NCBI GenBank assembly: GCA_045803545.1
Contig: JBJMOW010000005.1
Location: 32,001-96,000, forward strand
DNA length: 64,000 bases
Source of the DNA: Gemmatimonadaceae bacterium
GTDB lineage: Bacteria; Gemmatimonadota; Gemmatimonadetes; Gemmatimonadales; Gemmatimonadaceae
Reading direction: 5' to 3'
Of the stretch, positions 40,966 through 51,668 are shown piece after piece. Each line of letters begins with the position of its first letter. The first letter of the stretch is position 1. A program made the position numbers and the translations under genes. The notes under the pieces were generated by a model. That model ran no database searches and was not told where the DNA came from. It saw only the letters and a list, made by a program, of their open reading frames with translations.

Positions 40966-41907
40966 TTACTTAACGATTTCAGTGCCGCCTTCGCCCTGTA
41001 CCGCCGCCCTTCCCTTGCTCAGCTCGGTGATGATCGCGCGACCTCCGGTGCGGCGCACGTAGTCCGTTGCCGCTGCCACCTTAGGTCCCATGCTTCCCTC
41101 ACCGAACGCGCCCTCCGCGGACAAGCGATCCGCTTCGGCGACTGTCATCGATTCGATGACCCGTTGCTGCTCCGTGCCCCAGCCAGTATAAACGGCATCG
41201 ACGTCGGTGAGAATCAGGAACAATTCAGCGCCCAACTCCCTCGCAAGAACCGCGGCAGCGAGATCCTTGTCGACGACGGCGTCGATACCTTCCAACCCGA
41301 GCGTTGGATCACGGTAAATCGGAATGCCACCACCGCCGCAGGCGATCACCACCGCCTCACGATCGAGCAGGAGTTTAATGATCGAGAGCTCGTGAATCGA
41401 CAGTGGCCTGGGACTCCCGACGACCCGACGGAAGTTTCCTTTCGCGTCTTTCTTTACGGGATGACCTTCGGCGCGGAGCTCTCGCGCACGCGCCATCGAT
41501 AACCCATGGCCAATGAATTTCTTTGGATCCTTGAGCGCTGGGTCATCGCGGGTAACCTCCACCTGCGTCAAGACCGTAACGACATCGCGAGCGTTTCCCG
41601 CTTTGCGCAGTGCGTTCTCGAGCGATTGCTGAAGCATGTAGCCGATCCACCCTGCCGTCGCCGCGACAAGCACGCCGAGGGGCAGCGGCGCAACTTCACT
41701 GCGCGCTTTCTCGTTGCGATGCAGCTCGTCGCCAACCTGCGGACCATTGCCATGCACGACGACGACTCGCCAGCCGTCGAGCACGAGATCTACAATGGGC
41801 CCCAGGCTCTCACGCGTATGTCGAAACTGATCGCCGATCGTTGAGCGTTCTCCCGACGGAGATAGCGCGTTGCCGCCGATCGCAATTACTGCGGTTCGCA
41901 GAGTCAT
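40966..41907 (-). CDS. arcC: Carbamate kinase
   Basis: VIAIGGNAL, HGNGPQVG, RRVV.SPRP, GGGGIP, AVVDKD, GSMGPKV; ATG 41907. Confidence 0.92.
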   Translation of the reverse strand: MTLRTAVIAIGGNALSPSGERSTIGDQFRHTRESLGPIVDLVLDGWRVVVVHGNGPQVGDELHRNEKARSEVAPLPLGVLVAATAGWIGYMLQQSLENALRKAGNARDVVTVLTQVEVTRDDPALKDPKKFIGHGLSMARARELRAEGHPVKKDAKGNFRRVVGSPRPLSIHELSIIKLLLDREAVVIACGGGGIPIYRDPTLGLEGIDAVVDKDLAAAVLARELGAELFLILTDVDAVYTGWGTEQQRVIESMTVAEADRLSAEGAFGEGSMGPKVAAATDYVRRTGGRAIITELSKGRAAVQGEGGTEIVK

Positions 41908-43649
41908 CGATGCGTTGCCCCGATCAAGGCGCCGAGCGAGTCGTAGGCGATGCCGAAGGCCTTGAGGTCTGAGGCGGCGAGCGCCGCGCGCATACGGTTG
42001 TACAGTCTTGTCACCGCTGCACGGAATGTGGAGTCCTCGGCGCCGGCGTTCAGACCGGAGTTTACCGGCTCCCATGGCGTTGCAGTCAGCTCGCGCAGTA
42101 CAGCGGGGGCGCGATAGTCTGAAGAATTGGGGAATGAAGTCATCCAGGCTTGGGCGATGGGATCCGGCGCGGGATCAGGGGCGATCGATACCCGTGCGGT
42201 GCGCGCGTTCACCAGTGCTGTCGCAGCGTGACGGAAATAACTGCGCTCTTCTCCACCAAGAAAGATGTGACGACTGAGGGGGTAGTCGGCCGATGCGGTG
42301 TAGAGCTCCAGTTTCCAGTATAGCGTGTCGGCGTGGAACATCGGCTCGATCATCGTACCCTGCGCGAACACTGGGACCAGTGCGCCCACGCGAGCTCTCA
42401 GGTCGCGTCGGTTGACGATCCTCGCTCGCCGCGGAATCGAATCGGACAGCAAGTCGAACGCCTGATAGGCCCACGCCAGCCCGAGCCTGGAGAGCCCGTC
42501 ACCAATGCGTTGGCCGGCGACGTCGAGCTGCGGATCGGAGACTACGACGAGGCCGCGAGCTCCTGGATACACCAGAGAGTCCTGGCGAAGCAGCTGCCGT
42601 CCGGCGGCGCTGGTAACGACACTGTCCAGCGCAGCGGAAACTCCGGATTTGCGCAGGGTGTCATAGACGGCGGCGTTCTGCCCGTATGCGCGCCGGTTGT
42701 AGTCATTCCTCGTTGCTGCGTAAGGACGTTCGCGAGCGAGCTGCGCGTCGGCCGAGGTGAAGCGACGAACAAGGAGTGGAACTATCTCCTGCACGCTTAT
42801 CGATAGCACGATCACCACTGTCACCGCGATAAAGCTGGTACGCAATTGACCCGTCCAGCCGCTCAACAACACGGTGATGGCCGCAGCCGCCGTGGCGATC
42901 GACAGCAAGAGCAAACCCGGGAGTATCCACTGATGGTCGATATACGAGAAGACACCTTCTTCCCCGCTGCCACTTATCAGCAGATCGTACGACTGCAACC
43001 GGTAGCTCCACATCGTGATGAGGAGAAGCAGCGCCGCTAATACACTCAGATGTCGGCGTACATGCGCGCTCATGCGCAGACCGGCGCGTTCCCAGCGCAA
43101 TCCTGGAGTTAGCGAATAAAGCAGCACAACGAGCACCGAGATGACGACTATGAGCAGCATCGCCCAGGTATAAGTCGCCTTCTCGAATGGCAGCCACGTC
43201 GTATAGAAAGAGAGATCGTGCTGGAAGTAGGGATCGCTCTCGCGGAAGGTGACATCCAGCTTTGCCAGTGCCAGCGCTGTCCACTGTGGAAGCGCCACGG
43301 TCACCGCCGCTGCGATCGCGAGCGCCATCACGAATGCAAAGCGATCGATGTAGCGACGCGGAACCGCTTCCCCAAATTCGACGTTGGCCAGACGTCGCGG
43401 CAGCGTGAGCAGGCCGATACTGCGACCGAGGGCGGAGAGATTCACGAAGGCAATGATTACCGCGAAAGCGAATCCCAGCCCGTAGATCAGGAGCGAGTCA
43501 CCGGCGCGTTCGTTCCAGAGCGGTGTTGCCCCGTGAGCAGCATACCACGAATAGTCAGCGTAGAGGGCCGACAATGCGCGGCCGCCGACAAGAGCTGCAG
43601 CCGCGACGACAATTCCAATGAAGAGGCGTCTGCGGGTGAGCGCGGTCAC
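41904..43649 (-). CDS. UPF0182 family membrane protein (short form)
   Basis: F...DPYF..DLSFY, HLSVL, ERPY...R.AYG, YFR motifs; GTG start 43649 just after the PMM stop. Confidence 0.7.
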   Translation of the reverse strand: MTALTRRRLFIGIVVAAAALVGGRALSALYADYSWYAAHGATPLWNERAGDSLLIYGLGFAFAVIIAFVNLSALGRSIGLLTLPRRLANVEFGEAVPRRYIDRFAFVMALAIAAAVTVALPQWTALALAKLDVTFRESDPYFQHDLSFYTTWLPFEKATYTWAMLLIVVISVLVVLLYSLTPGLRWERAGLRMSAHVRRHLSVLAALLLLITMWSYRLQSYDLLISGSGEEGVFSYIDHQWILPGLLLLSIATAAAAITVLLSGWTGQLRTSFIAVTVVIVLSISVQEIVPLLVRRFTSADAQLARERPYAATRNDYNRRAYGQNAAVYDTLRKSGVSAALDSVVTSAAGRQLLRQDSLVYPGARGLVVVSDPQLDVAGQRIGDGLSRLGLAWAYQAFDLLSDSIPRRARIVNRRDLRARVGALVPVFAQGTMIEPMFHADTLYWKLELYTASADYPLSRHIFLGGEERSYFRHAATALVNARTARVSIAPDPAPDPIAQAWMTSFPNSSDYRAPAVLRELTATPWEPVNSGLNAGAEDSTFRAAVTRLYNRMRAALAASDLKAFGIAYDSLGALIGATHR

Positions 43650-43650
43650 A

Positions 43651-45018
43651 TCACACCTGCACGCCTTGCGCGCGGAGCCAGCCCTGCATCTCTGACTGAA
43701 TCTGGTCGAGCTGCTCGCGCGTCCGTGCTTCAAACCGCATCACGATGATCGGCTGGGTGTTCGATGCGCGGATCAATCCCCAGCCGTCGCCAAAGAGCAC
43801 CCTTGCGCCATCAACCGAGATCACGTCATACCTCGCACCGAAGTATTTGCCCGCCTCTTTCACAATCCCGAACTTCCTGTCGTCGGGACAGTCGATACGG
43901 ATCTCCGGCGTCGAGACGAACCGCGGCACGTCAACCAGCAAGTCCTCGAGCTTTCGGCCTGAATCGGCGACGATCTTCAGCAGCCGCGCCGCACCGTACA
44001 GTGCGTCGTCGAAACCGTAGAAGCCTTCCGAGAAGAACATGTGCCCCGACATCTCGCCGCCGACAGGGGCATGCGTCTCGTGGATCTTTTCTTCCATTAG
44101 CGAATGGCCGGTCTTCCACATCACTGGAACGCCCCCTGCTTTTTCTACGGCTTCGGGCAGCGCCTGCGACGCTTTGACATCGAACACAATCGACTGACCT
44201 TTGCCGGTGCGGGCGAGCACATCACGAGCGTAGATGATCAGCAGGTAGTCGCCCCAGATGATCTCGCCATTACCATCGATCACGCCGATACGATCGGCAT
44301 CGCCATCGAAGGCGATGCCGAGGTCGGCTCCTTCGCGCTTCACGGCGCGAATCAGGTCCTCGAGATTCTTTGGAACGGTAGGATCGGGGTGATGATTTGG
44401 GAATCTGCCGTCGCTCTCGCAGAACAAATAGGTGGGCGTGATTCCAAGACGTGGAAAGAGACTCGGTACGACAAGCGAGCCAGCGCCGTTACCGCAGTCG
44501 AGAACCACTTTCAGATTACGCGATAGTTTCCCGACGCGGCCGACAATATCGTCTACATAGCCGTCAATGACCTGCTGTCGGCTCAGATTTCCTTTCCCGC
44601 GCGGAAATTTGCCGGCGCTGGCCAGATCGTAGAGGTGTTGAATGTCAGCACCGTAGATCGAGTTTCGGCCGAGACCCAGCTTGAACCCATTGTACTCGGG
44701 CGGATTGTGCGAGCCCGTGATCTGTATCCCACCAACGACGTCGAGGTTGTGCTGAGACCAGTACGCCAGCGGCGTTGGTACGACGCCAATGTCGACGACG
44801 TCGACGCCTGCGCTGAGCAACCCGCTCACCAGCGCAGCGTGCAAGCCTTCCCCACTTGGGCGATTGTCGCGGCCAACTGCTACCGCTCCGCTTACACCCT
44901 TCTCGGCAAGAAAAGCCGCGTAAGCGCCGGCGAGTGCTGTTGCGACATCCGGAGTGAGGTCTTTGTCGGTGACCCCGCGAATGTCATACTCACGGAAGAT
45001 GTGTCGAGCGAGTCCCAC
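43651..45018 (-). CDS. Phosphomannomutase/phosphoglucomutase (AlgC-like)
   Basis: IFREYDIRG, TGSHNP, FDGDADR, GEMSGH, RASNTQP. Confidence 0.95.
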   Translation of the reverse strand: MGLARHIFREYDIRGVTDKDLTPDVATALAGAYAAFLAEKGVSGAVAVGRDNRPSGEGLHAALVSGLLSAGVDVVDIGVVPTPLAYWSQHNLDVVGGIQITGSHNPPEYNGFKLGLGRNSIYGADIQHLYDLASAGKFPRGKGNLSRQQVIDGYVDDIVGRVGKLSRNLKVVLDCGNGAGSLVVPSLFPRLGITPTYLFCESDGRFPNHHPDPTVPKNLEDLIRAVKREGADLGIAFDGDADRIGVIDGNGEIIWGDYLLIIYARDVLARTGKGQSIVFDVKASQALPEAVEKAGGVPVMWKTGHSLMEEKIHETHAPVGGEMSGHMFFSEGFYGFDDALYGAARLLKIVADSGRKLEDLLVDVPRFVSTPEIRIDCPDDRKFGIVKEAGKYFGARYDVISVDGARVLFGDGWGLIRASNTQPIIVMRFEARTREQLDQIQSEMQGWLRAQGVQV

Positions 45019-45022
45019 GGAT

Positions 45023-46528
45023 CTACCGCGGCTGCAGCGCGATATCTCGGCTCACGACCGGGGCGCTACGTTGCGTGAATGAAACGATAGCGTCCGGGAA
45101 CAATCCAAAAACGAGAATGATGACTACCGAAGCCCACACTACAGCGCCCGTCCAACCGCCGGCACGCTCCGGCAATGCTGCCGTGCTCGCGCGCGGCTTC
45201 ATGAACATCACCATCACGACGTAGAGATAGTAACCCGCGCTGACGACGCTCGTGATGACGAGCCAGACGGCGAGCTTCGTCTGCGGGTATGGAGCCTGGA
45301 GAGCAGCTTGCAGCACGTACCATTTGGCGAAGAATCCAATGCCGCCAAAGATCGGGAAGCCGAGCAACGCCAGCATAAACACCGACATCGCGATGGCGAG
45401 TCCGGGCCGCACCTGCCACAGACCGGCATACTCTTCGACGCTCATGTTGTTCTCGCCAGCGCGGCCGAGCGCGACGATCACCGCAAAAGCGCCCATCGTC
45501 GCGAGGGTGTAGGCAAAGAGATAGAACATGAAAGCAGAGCTGCCGAACGTCGTGCCGGCAACGAGCGCGACGAGAATGTAGCCCGCGTGCGCAATGCTCG
45601 AGTAGGCGAGCAGCCGCTTGATGTTGCGCTGGGAAAGTGCCACGACGTTTCCGACTACCATCGTGATGACGGCGAGCCACCATACCGCGGTGTGCCAATC
45701 CGCGAGCAGCGTCGGGAAAGCCTCCAGCCATAACCTGAAGAACGCTGCAAAGGCAGCGGCTTTCACCGCCGCAGCCATGTACGCCGTTATGGGCGTTGGC
45801 GCGCCTTCGTAGACATCGGGCGCCCACATGTGAAACGGCGCTGCCGCGACCTTGAATCCAAAACCGACGAGAAGAAGCGCGATTCCGACGAGGAGCAAGC
45901 CGTTCTGCGCGAGGTCAAACCGAACGATGCTGCTTCTTATGGCAACGAAGTTCGTCGCACCCGTCGCCCCGTAGACGAGCGCGATTCCATAGAGCAGAAA
46001 CGCGGTCGAGAATGCCCCAAGCAGGAAATACTTTATTGCGCCCTCTGCCGATCTCTCATGGCGGCGATTGAGTCCGGCCAGCACGTAGATCGCAATCGAC
46101 ATTAGCTCGATGCCAAGGAACACGATGATCAGATCTCGCGCGGCCGCGAGGACCATCATGCCCGACGTCGCCAACAGCAGCAGAACGTGCGATTCACCAG
46201 CGGTGATTCCCTCTCGACGATTGTAGTCGAGCGCCATGGCGATCGTACCGATCGTAGCGATCAGAAAGATCTCGTCAGCCGCCCACCGAAAGTTGTCCAC
46301 CGCAATGACACCGTTGGTCGCGGTATAGCCTTCATAGGCGTAGTAGCCAACCACGATCATCGTGATGACGCACAGGGCAATGCTCAGAATGCCGACGTTG
46401 CGTTGATGTTCGTCGCTCTCGCGACGCCATCCGGCCCATAAAAGGAGCAGCATCGCCCCGCCCATCAGGACCAGGTCGGGTCCGAGCGCGCCACTGAGCT
46501 GAGCCGGCTGGGCAAGGTCGAATCTCAT
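45023..46528 (-). CDS. nuoN: NADH-quinone oxidoreductase subunit N
   Basis: EGAIKYF, FKVAAAPFHMWAPDVYEGAP, KRLLAYSSIAHAG. Confidence 0.96.
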   Translation of the reverse strand: MRFDLAQPAQLSGALGPDLVLMGGAMLLLLWAGWRRESDEHQRNVGILSIALCVITMIVVGYYAYEGYTATNGVIAVDNFRWAADEIFLIATIGTIAMALDYNRREGITAGESHVLLLLATSGMMVLAAARDLIIVFLGIELMSIAIYVLAGLNRRHERSAEGAIKYFLLGAFSTAFLLYGIALVYGATGATNFVAIRSSIVRFDLAQNGLLLVGIALLLVGFGFKVAAAPFHMWAPDVYEGAPTPITAYMAAAVKAAAFAAFFRLWLEAFPTLLADWHTAVWWLAVITMVVGNVVALSQRNIKRLLAYSSIAHAGYILVALVAGTTFGSSAFMFYLFAYTLATMGAFAVIVALGRAGENNMSVEEYAGLWQVRPGLAIAMSVFMLALLGFPIFGGIGFFAKWYVLQAALQAPYPQTKLAVWLVITSVVSAGYYLYVVMVMFMKPRASTAALPERAGGWTGAVVWASVVIILVFGLFPDAIVSFTQRSAPVVSRDIALQPR

Positions 46529-48111
46529 CGCGCGGCCTCAGTGGTGTTCAGCGTCGCCACGCTGCCGGTTAGTCCATTGACGCGGTTAACCAGCAGTTGT
46601 GCGGAGCTCTCCATGCGCCGTAAGACGGGCGCTGGATAGACGCCAAGCCAGATGATCACGGCGATGAGTGGAATCAGGAGCGCGAGCTCTCGTTTGTTCA
46701 GATCAGGAATGTGGGCGTTCTCAGGCTTGTCGAGCGGATTGAACAGAATCCGCTGAATGGCCCACAACAGGTATGCGGCGGCGAAAATCACACCGGTAGC
46801 CGATATGACCGCCAGCACCGGGTAGGTACGGAATGATCCGATCAGCACCAGGAACTCGCCGACAAATCCGTTGGTTCCCGGCAGACCGATACTGCTCAGC
46901 GAAACGAAGGTAAGAACGGCAGCGAACATCGGCACCACACGTGCGATTCCGCCATAAGAGTCGATCAGCCGGGTATGGCGGCGCTCGTAAATCATTCCGA
47001 CGAGGAGGAACAGCGCACCGGTCGAGATACCGTGATTGATCATCACCATCAGAGCGCCCTGGACACTCTGCAGGGTTAGCGCGAAGATGCCCAGCATCAC
47101 GAAGCCAAGGTGGCTGACGGATGAGTACGCGACGAGCTTCTTGAAGTCCGGTTGCACCATTGCCACCAGCGCGCCGTAAATGATCCCGATTACAGCCAGG
47201 ATCAGAATGATCATTCGGACCGTCGGGTTCATCGCCGCACCCGGAAACAACGGCAATGCAAACCGCAGGAAGCCGAAGGTCCCCATCTTCAGCATGATGC
47301 CGGCAAGGATCACCGACCCTGCCGTAGGCGCCTCGACGTGCGCATCGGGAAGCCAGGTGTGGAACGGGAACATCGGGACTTTGACCGCGAACGCGAATGA
47401 AAACGCCGCGAACAACCACAGTGCTGCGCGACCGGTCAGCGTTCCCGCCGCCAGCATATGGTCATAACTGAAATCGGGCGTGCCGGTCTGCGAGCGTAGC
47501 TGCAGTCCCATGTAAATGATCGCCACCAGCATCAGGAGCGATGGCAGGAATGTGTAAATGAAGAACTTGATGCTGGCGTAGATGCGGCGCTCCCCACCCC
47601 AGATGCCGATGATGAAGTACATCGGCACCAGCATCACTTCCCAGAACACGTAGAAGAGGAAGAGATCGCGCGCGAGGAATACGCCGAGCATTCCGCTCGT
47701 CAGAATCAACAGCAACGCGTAGTAACTGCGGGTTTTGGTACGAATACTCGTCCAGCTTCCCAGCACCGAGAGCGGCATGATGAACGTGGTGAGCAGGATC
47801 ATCATCAAGGCAATGCCGTCGACGCCGAGGGTGAAGCGAACGCCCCAGGACGGAATCCATTGCTTGTCTACCGTGGCCTGCCACCCAGTGCTGTCGGGAT
47901 TGAACGACCACCACAATCCAAGCGAGACAATGAACTCGAGCAGGAACAGCCAGAGCGCGATCTGCCGCGCTGCCGGACTCTCGACTCCGGTTCCATCGGC
48001 CGCGGTGCGCACGGGAGCGAGCAGCACGAGCAGCGCACCGACCAGTGGAATTATCAACAGCGCCGGCAGCACCCAGTTGTTGTAGCCGATGGAATCGAGA
48101 AAGGCGGCCAT
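46525..48111 (-). CDS. nuoM: NADH-quinone oxidoreductase subunit M
   Basis: FYVFWE, KVPMFPFHTWLPDAHVEAP, LVAYSSVSH, GFVGEF. Confidence 0.96.
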   Translation of the reverse strand: MAAFLDSIGYNNWVLPALLIIPLVGALLVLLAPVRTAADGTGVESPAARQIALWLFLLEFIVSLGLWWSFNPDSTGWQATVDKQWIPSWGVRFTLGVDGIALMMILLTTFIMPLSVLGSWTSIRTKTRSYYALLLILTSGMLGVFLARDLFLFYVFWEVMLVPMYFIIGIWGGERRIYASIKFFIYTFLPSLLMLVAIIYMGLQLRSQTGTPDFSYDHMLAAGTLTGRAALWLFAAFSFAFAVKVPMFPFHTWLPDAHVEAPTAGSVILAGIMLKMGTFGFLRFALPLFPGAAMNPTVRMIILILAVIGIIYGALVAMVQPDFKKLVAYSSVSHLGFVMLGIFALTLQSVQGALMVMINHGISTGALFLLVGMIYERRHTRLIDSYGGIARVVPMFAAVLTFVSLSSIGLPGTNGFVGEFLVLIGSFRTYPVLAVISATGVIFAAAYLLWAIQRILFNPLDKPENAHIPDLNKRELALLIPLIAVIIWLGVYPAPVLRRMESSAQLLVNRVNGLTGSVATLNTTEAAR

Positions 48112-48114
48112 GAT

Positions 48115-50331
48115 CTATCTGTGAAGCGTTAGTGCGCCGAGCATCGCCAGCACGCCGACGACGAGGACCCACGCGTAAATGCCGACGTTGCCGGACTGCA
48201 ATCGCGATCCCACCCAGCCAAACCCGCGCGCGAGCGCCGCACTGCCGTTGACGAAAAAGCCGTCGATCAGGCCGTTGTCGATAATTCGCCAGAGGAAATT
48301 CCTCGACGTCGCGTAGGTCGGCATGACGATCGCGCGGTCGATTCCTTCGTCGACGTAGTACTTGTGGGCGACGACCCGCTCAAAGCCAGTCTCAGGAACC
48401 GCCTCGCTCGCCTTCACGAGACGGGCAGGCTTTAGTCTCCACCAGGCTATGAGTATACCGGCCACCGCGATGATGACCGCCGCGCCAATCAGGAATTGTT
48501 CAGTCGTCGCCGGAGGATTCGGTGCTCCGTTAATGATGTGTTCCGTCGGCGCGCCAACCACGGGTTCCAGCCATCGCTCGAGATTCCCGGATGGTCCGAG
48601 CGGAATCATATCCGTCACAACCTCCGGGAGATTCAGCCAGCCGCCGGCAATCGTGAGGATGCCCAGCACGACGAGCGGGCCCGTCATTACCCACGGCGCT
48701 TCACGCAGGCGTTCTTCCTCGCGCTGGCCTGTGCGCGTCGGTCCGTGAAAAGTGTAGAGCATCATCCGCGTCATATAGACCGCAGTGAGGAACGCAGCCG
48801 CCAGACCAATCGCATAGATCGCGTATAGCACATAGTTGCCGGGGATTCCCAGCCAGCTTGCCGAGGCGAGGGTCGATCCCTGCGCGCGCGCGAACACCGA
48901 TCCGAGAATCTCGTCCTTGGAGAAGAAGCCGGCGAACGGTGGAATGCCGGAAATGGCGAGCGTCGCAATCCACATCAGTATGAACGTCACCGGTAGATAG
49001 CGACGCAGCCCGCCCATGTTGCGCATATCCTGCGCATCGTCGTGACTTCCCGTCGCGTGATACGCGGCGTGCATCGCGTAAATGACGGAGCCGGAGCCGA
49101 GGAACAGTAAAGCTTTGAAGAAGGCGTGGGTCACGAGATGGAACATCCCGGCGACATACGCGCCCACTCCAACGCCCACGAACATGTAGCCCAGCTGCGA
49201 GATCGTTGAATACGCGAGGACTTTCTTGATGTCCCACTGCTTGAGGCCGATCGTCGCGGCGAAGATCGCAGTCAGTGCGCCAACCACTGCGACGGTCAGA
49301 GATGCGACCGGCGAAAGCGAGAACAGCACCGCACTGCGCGCGATCAGATAGACGCCAGCCGTCACCATCGTGGCCGCGTGGATCAAAGCCGAGACCGGAG
49401 TCGGGCCCGCCATCGCGTCCGGCAGCCAGATATAGAGCGGAATCTGCGCGCTCTTACCGGTGCAGCCGAGGAACATGAACAGGCAGATCGCCGTAACCAG
49501 CGTCCCGTTGGTTGCCAGGTCAGCCGCGTGGGCATTCAGTCCGACGAAATCCAGAACGCCGATGTTCGCGAACAGCATGAACATCGCGACCAGAAATCCA
49601 AAGTCACCGATGCGGTTGACGATCAAGGCCTTCTTGCCCGCGTCGGCGTTTGCCTTGTCGTTGAACCAGAACCCGATCAGCAGATACGAGCAAAGTCCGA
49701 CGCCTTCCCAGCCGATGAACAGAATCGGGTAGTTCGCTCCCAGCACCAGCATCAGCATGAAGAAAACGAACAGGTTGAGGTACGCGAAGTACCTCGGGTA
49801 ACCTGGATCGTCTCGCATGTAGCCGACGCTGAAGAGGTGGATCAATGCGCCGACACCGGTGATCACCAGCACCATTACCATCGAAAGCTGATCGAGCTGG
49901 AGCGCGGCATCGATCTGCAGGTCTCCAACCGGCATCCAGCTGAAATAGCGCTGGATGAAGGGGGTCGTGGGATGAGCGCCAACCATCGCCTGCCAGATCA
50001 TTACCGCCAGCCCAAAGCCAAGAATCAACACACCGGGCCCGATGATGCTAACGATGCCGGCAAAGCGATGGCGCTTCACCGCGTGGTGATCGTCTCCGAC
50101 CGCGCCGGCTTCCTCGGCGTGCGAAATCGCAGGCGCTTCCGCTGCGCCGGCGGAGTGTGGATGGTGGTCGGGTGTGTTGGGATCCGACGGGCCGAAATGC
50201 GCGCCGTTCAGGGACAGCAGCCCATTGATCACGAACCCAATCAAAGGCAGCACCGGCAATAGCCAAACCCACTCCGCAACGGTACCGGAGAGTGGATGCG
50301 CTGCGAGGCTCGCCGCCTGGATTAGCATCAT
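48115..50331 (-). CDS. nuoL: NADH-quinone oxidoreductase subunit L
   Basis: [45 protein letters not shown]. Confidence 0.96.
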   Translation of the reverse strand: MMLIQAASLAAHPLSGTVAEWVWLLPVLPLIGFVINGLLSLNGAHFGPSDPNTPDHHPHSAGAAEAPAISHAEEAGAVGDDHHAVKRHRFAGIVSIIGPGVLILGFGLAVMIWQAMVGAHPTTPFIQRYFSWMPVGDLQIDAALQLDQLSMVMVLVITGVGALIHLFSVGYMRDDPGYPRYFAYLNLFVFFMLMLVLGANYPILFIGWEGVGLCSYLLIGFWFNDKANADAGKKALIVNRIGDFGFLVAMFMLFANIGVLDFVGLNAHAADLATNGTLVTAICLFMFLGCTGKSAQIPLYIWLPDAMAGPTPVSALIHAATMVTAGVYLIARSAVLFSLSPVASLTVAVVGALTAIFAATIGLKQWDIKKVLAYSTISQLGYMFVGVGVGAYVAGMFHLVTHAFFKALLFLGSGSVIYAMHAAYHATGSHDDAQDMRNMGGLRRYLPVTFILMWIATLAISGIPPFAGFFSKDEILGSVFARAQGSTLASASWLGIPGNYVLYAIYAIGLAAAFLTAVYMTRMMLYTFHGPTRTGQREEERLREAPWVMTGPLVVLGILTIAGGWLNLPEVVTDMIPLGPSGNLERWLEPVVGAPTEHIINGAPNPPATTEQFLIGAAVIIAVAGILIAWWRLKPARLVKASEAVPETGFERVVAHKYYVDEGIDRAIVMPTYATSRNFLWRIIDNGLIDGFFVNGSAALARGFGWVGSRLQSGNVGIYAWVLVVGVLAMLGALTLHR

Positions 50332-50621
50332 CCGCGGAGGAGATTGATGTTCTTGAGGTCCACTGTCTGGCGATGGCGGAAAATCGCGATGATGATCGCG
50401 AGCCCGACCGCAGCTTCTGCCGCAGACACTGTCATCACAAAAACAACGAAGACCTGGCCAGCCGCGCCGTAATAGCGTGAGAAGGCAACGAACGTCAGGT
50501 TGACCGCGGTGAGCATCAGCTCAACGCACATGAAGATGATGATCGCGTTGCGGTGGATCAGCACACCGACTACGCCGATGATGAAAAGCGCGGCAGTGAA
50601 AAACAGTGACTCAGCGAGCAC
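50328..50621 (-). CDS. nuoK: NADH-quinone oxidoreductase subunit K
   Basis: [24 protein letters not shown] start 50621. Confidence 0.94.
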   Translation of the reverse strand: MLAESLFFTAALFIIGVVGVLIHRNAIIIFMCVELMLTAVNLTFVAFSRYYGAAGQVFVVFVMTVSAAEAAVGLAIIIAIFRHRQTVDLKNINLLRG

Positions 50622-51168
50622 CGGCGACTCTCTCCCTGCTGCGACCAAGCACGACTGCTCCGGCAATAGCCACCAGCAGCAGCACGCTCGTCAGCTCAAA
50701 TGCCAGCAAATAATCCTTGAACAGCGGATCAGCTATCACACCAACCGCATTGAGCTTCTGGAGCTGCAGCTGGTTGAAGTCACGAGGCACGACAAGCTGC
50801 TGCGGCAGCTTCGCGCGCAGAATGATCATGATCTCGCTCAGCAGACCAAGCCCGAGCGCTCCGGCGGCGAGCTTCCACCAGATGCCGCGGGTGTCGGCAA
50901 TCTCCGAGGGATGGCCGAGGTTAAGCAGCATCACTACAAACAAAAACACCACCATGATCGCGCCGGCGTATACCAGCACCTGCATCACCCCGATGAATTG
51001 TGCGTCGAGCATGACGTAGAGAGCCGCGAGGGCAAACATCGTGTTCACCAGCCAGAGCGCGGCGGCGACAGGACTTTTGCGTGTCACGAATGCGACCGCG
51101 GAGGCAAGCGCGATCACGCCGAAGAGATAGAAATGAAAGACGTAGAAGAGCGGGTAGTGCGGCTCCAT
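50611..51168 (-). CDS. nuoJ: NADH-quinone oxidoreductase subunit J
   Basis: [32 protein letters not shown] 51168 (TGATG). Confidence 0.95.
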   Translation of the reverse strand: MEPHYPLFYVFHFYLFGVIALASAVAFVTRKSPVAAALWLVNTMFALAALYVMLDAQFIGVMQVLVYAGAIMVVFLFVVMLLNLGHPSEIADTRGIWWKLAAGALGLGLLSEIMIILRAKLPQQLVVPRDFNQLQLQKLNAVGVIADPLFKDYLLAFELTSVLLLVAIAGAVVLGRSRERVAGAR

Positions 51169-51668
51169 CACTGACCTTTCGGGTCTTCGGGGTCCCACAT
51201 CTCGCAGACCGGGTGAGTCTGGTCCATCAGGCGCTGCAGATCGTACACGAACCCCTCACGACTGTATTCGGAGTTCTCGTAGTGCCTACCAACGTGGATG
51301 GCTTCCTCGGGGCAGACTTCCTGACAGTAGCCGCAGAAAATACAGCGGAACTCGTCGATCTCGAACACCAGCGGATAGCGGTTCCCTTCCTCGTCTTCGC
51401 CTGGCACCAGCTTGATGCAATTCGCCGGGCATACTGTCGGACAAAGGCCGCACGCAACACAGCGGGCCTTACCGGTCTCCGTCGTGAGCATGCGATGAGT
51501 GCCACGCCAGCGCGGCGAGATCGGCGACTTCTCTTCCGGATATTGAGTGGTCACTCGTCCGTTCACATCGAACAGATGCTTGACGGTGAGCGCCATTCCC
51601 TTGAGCGCAGCGCGGACGTAACTGACGTCCTCGGTCGGACGTTCGACGACTTTGACGTTGATTGGCAT
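51168..51668 (-). CDS. nuoI: NADH-quinone oxidoreductase subunit I
   Basis: T.QYPEE, CVACGLC..VCP, CIFCGYCQEVCP (two 4Fe-4S). Confidence 0.96.
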   Translation of the reverse strand: MPINVKVVERPTEDVSYVRAALKGMALTVKHLFDVNGRVTTQYPEEKSPISPRWRGTHRMLTTETGKARCVACGLCPTVCPANCIKLVPGEDEEGNRYPLVFEIDEFRCIFCGYCQEVCPEEAIHVGRHYENSEYSREGFVYDLQRLMDQTHPVCEMWDPEDPKGQ

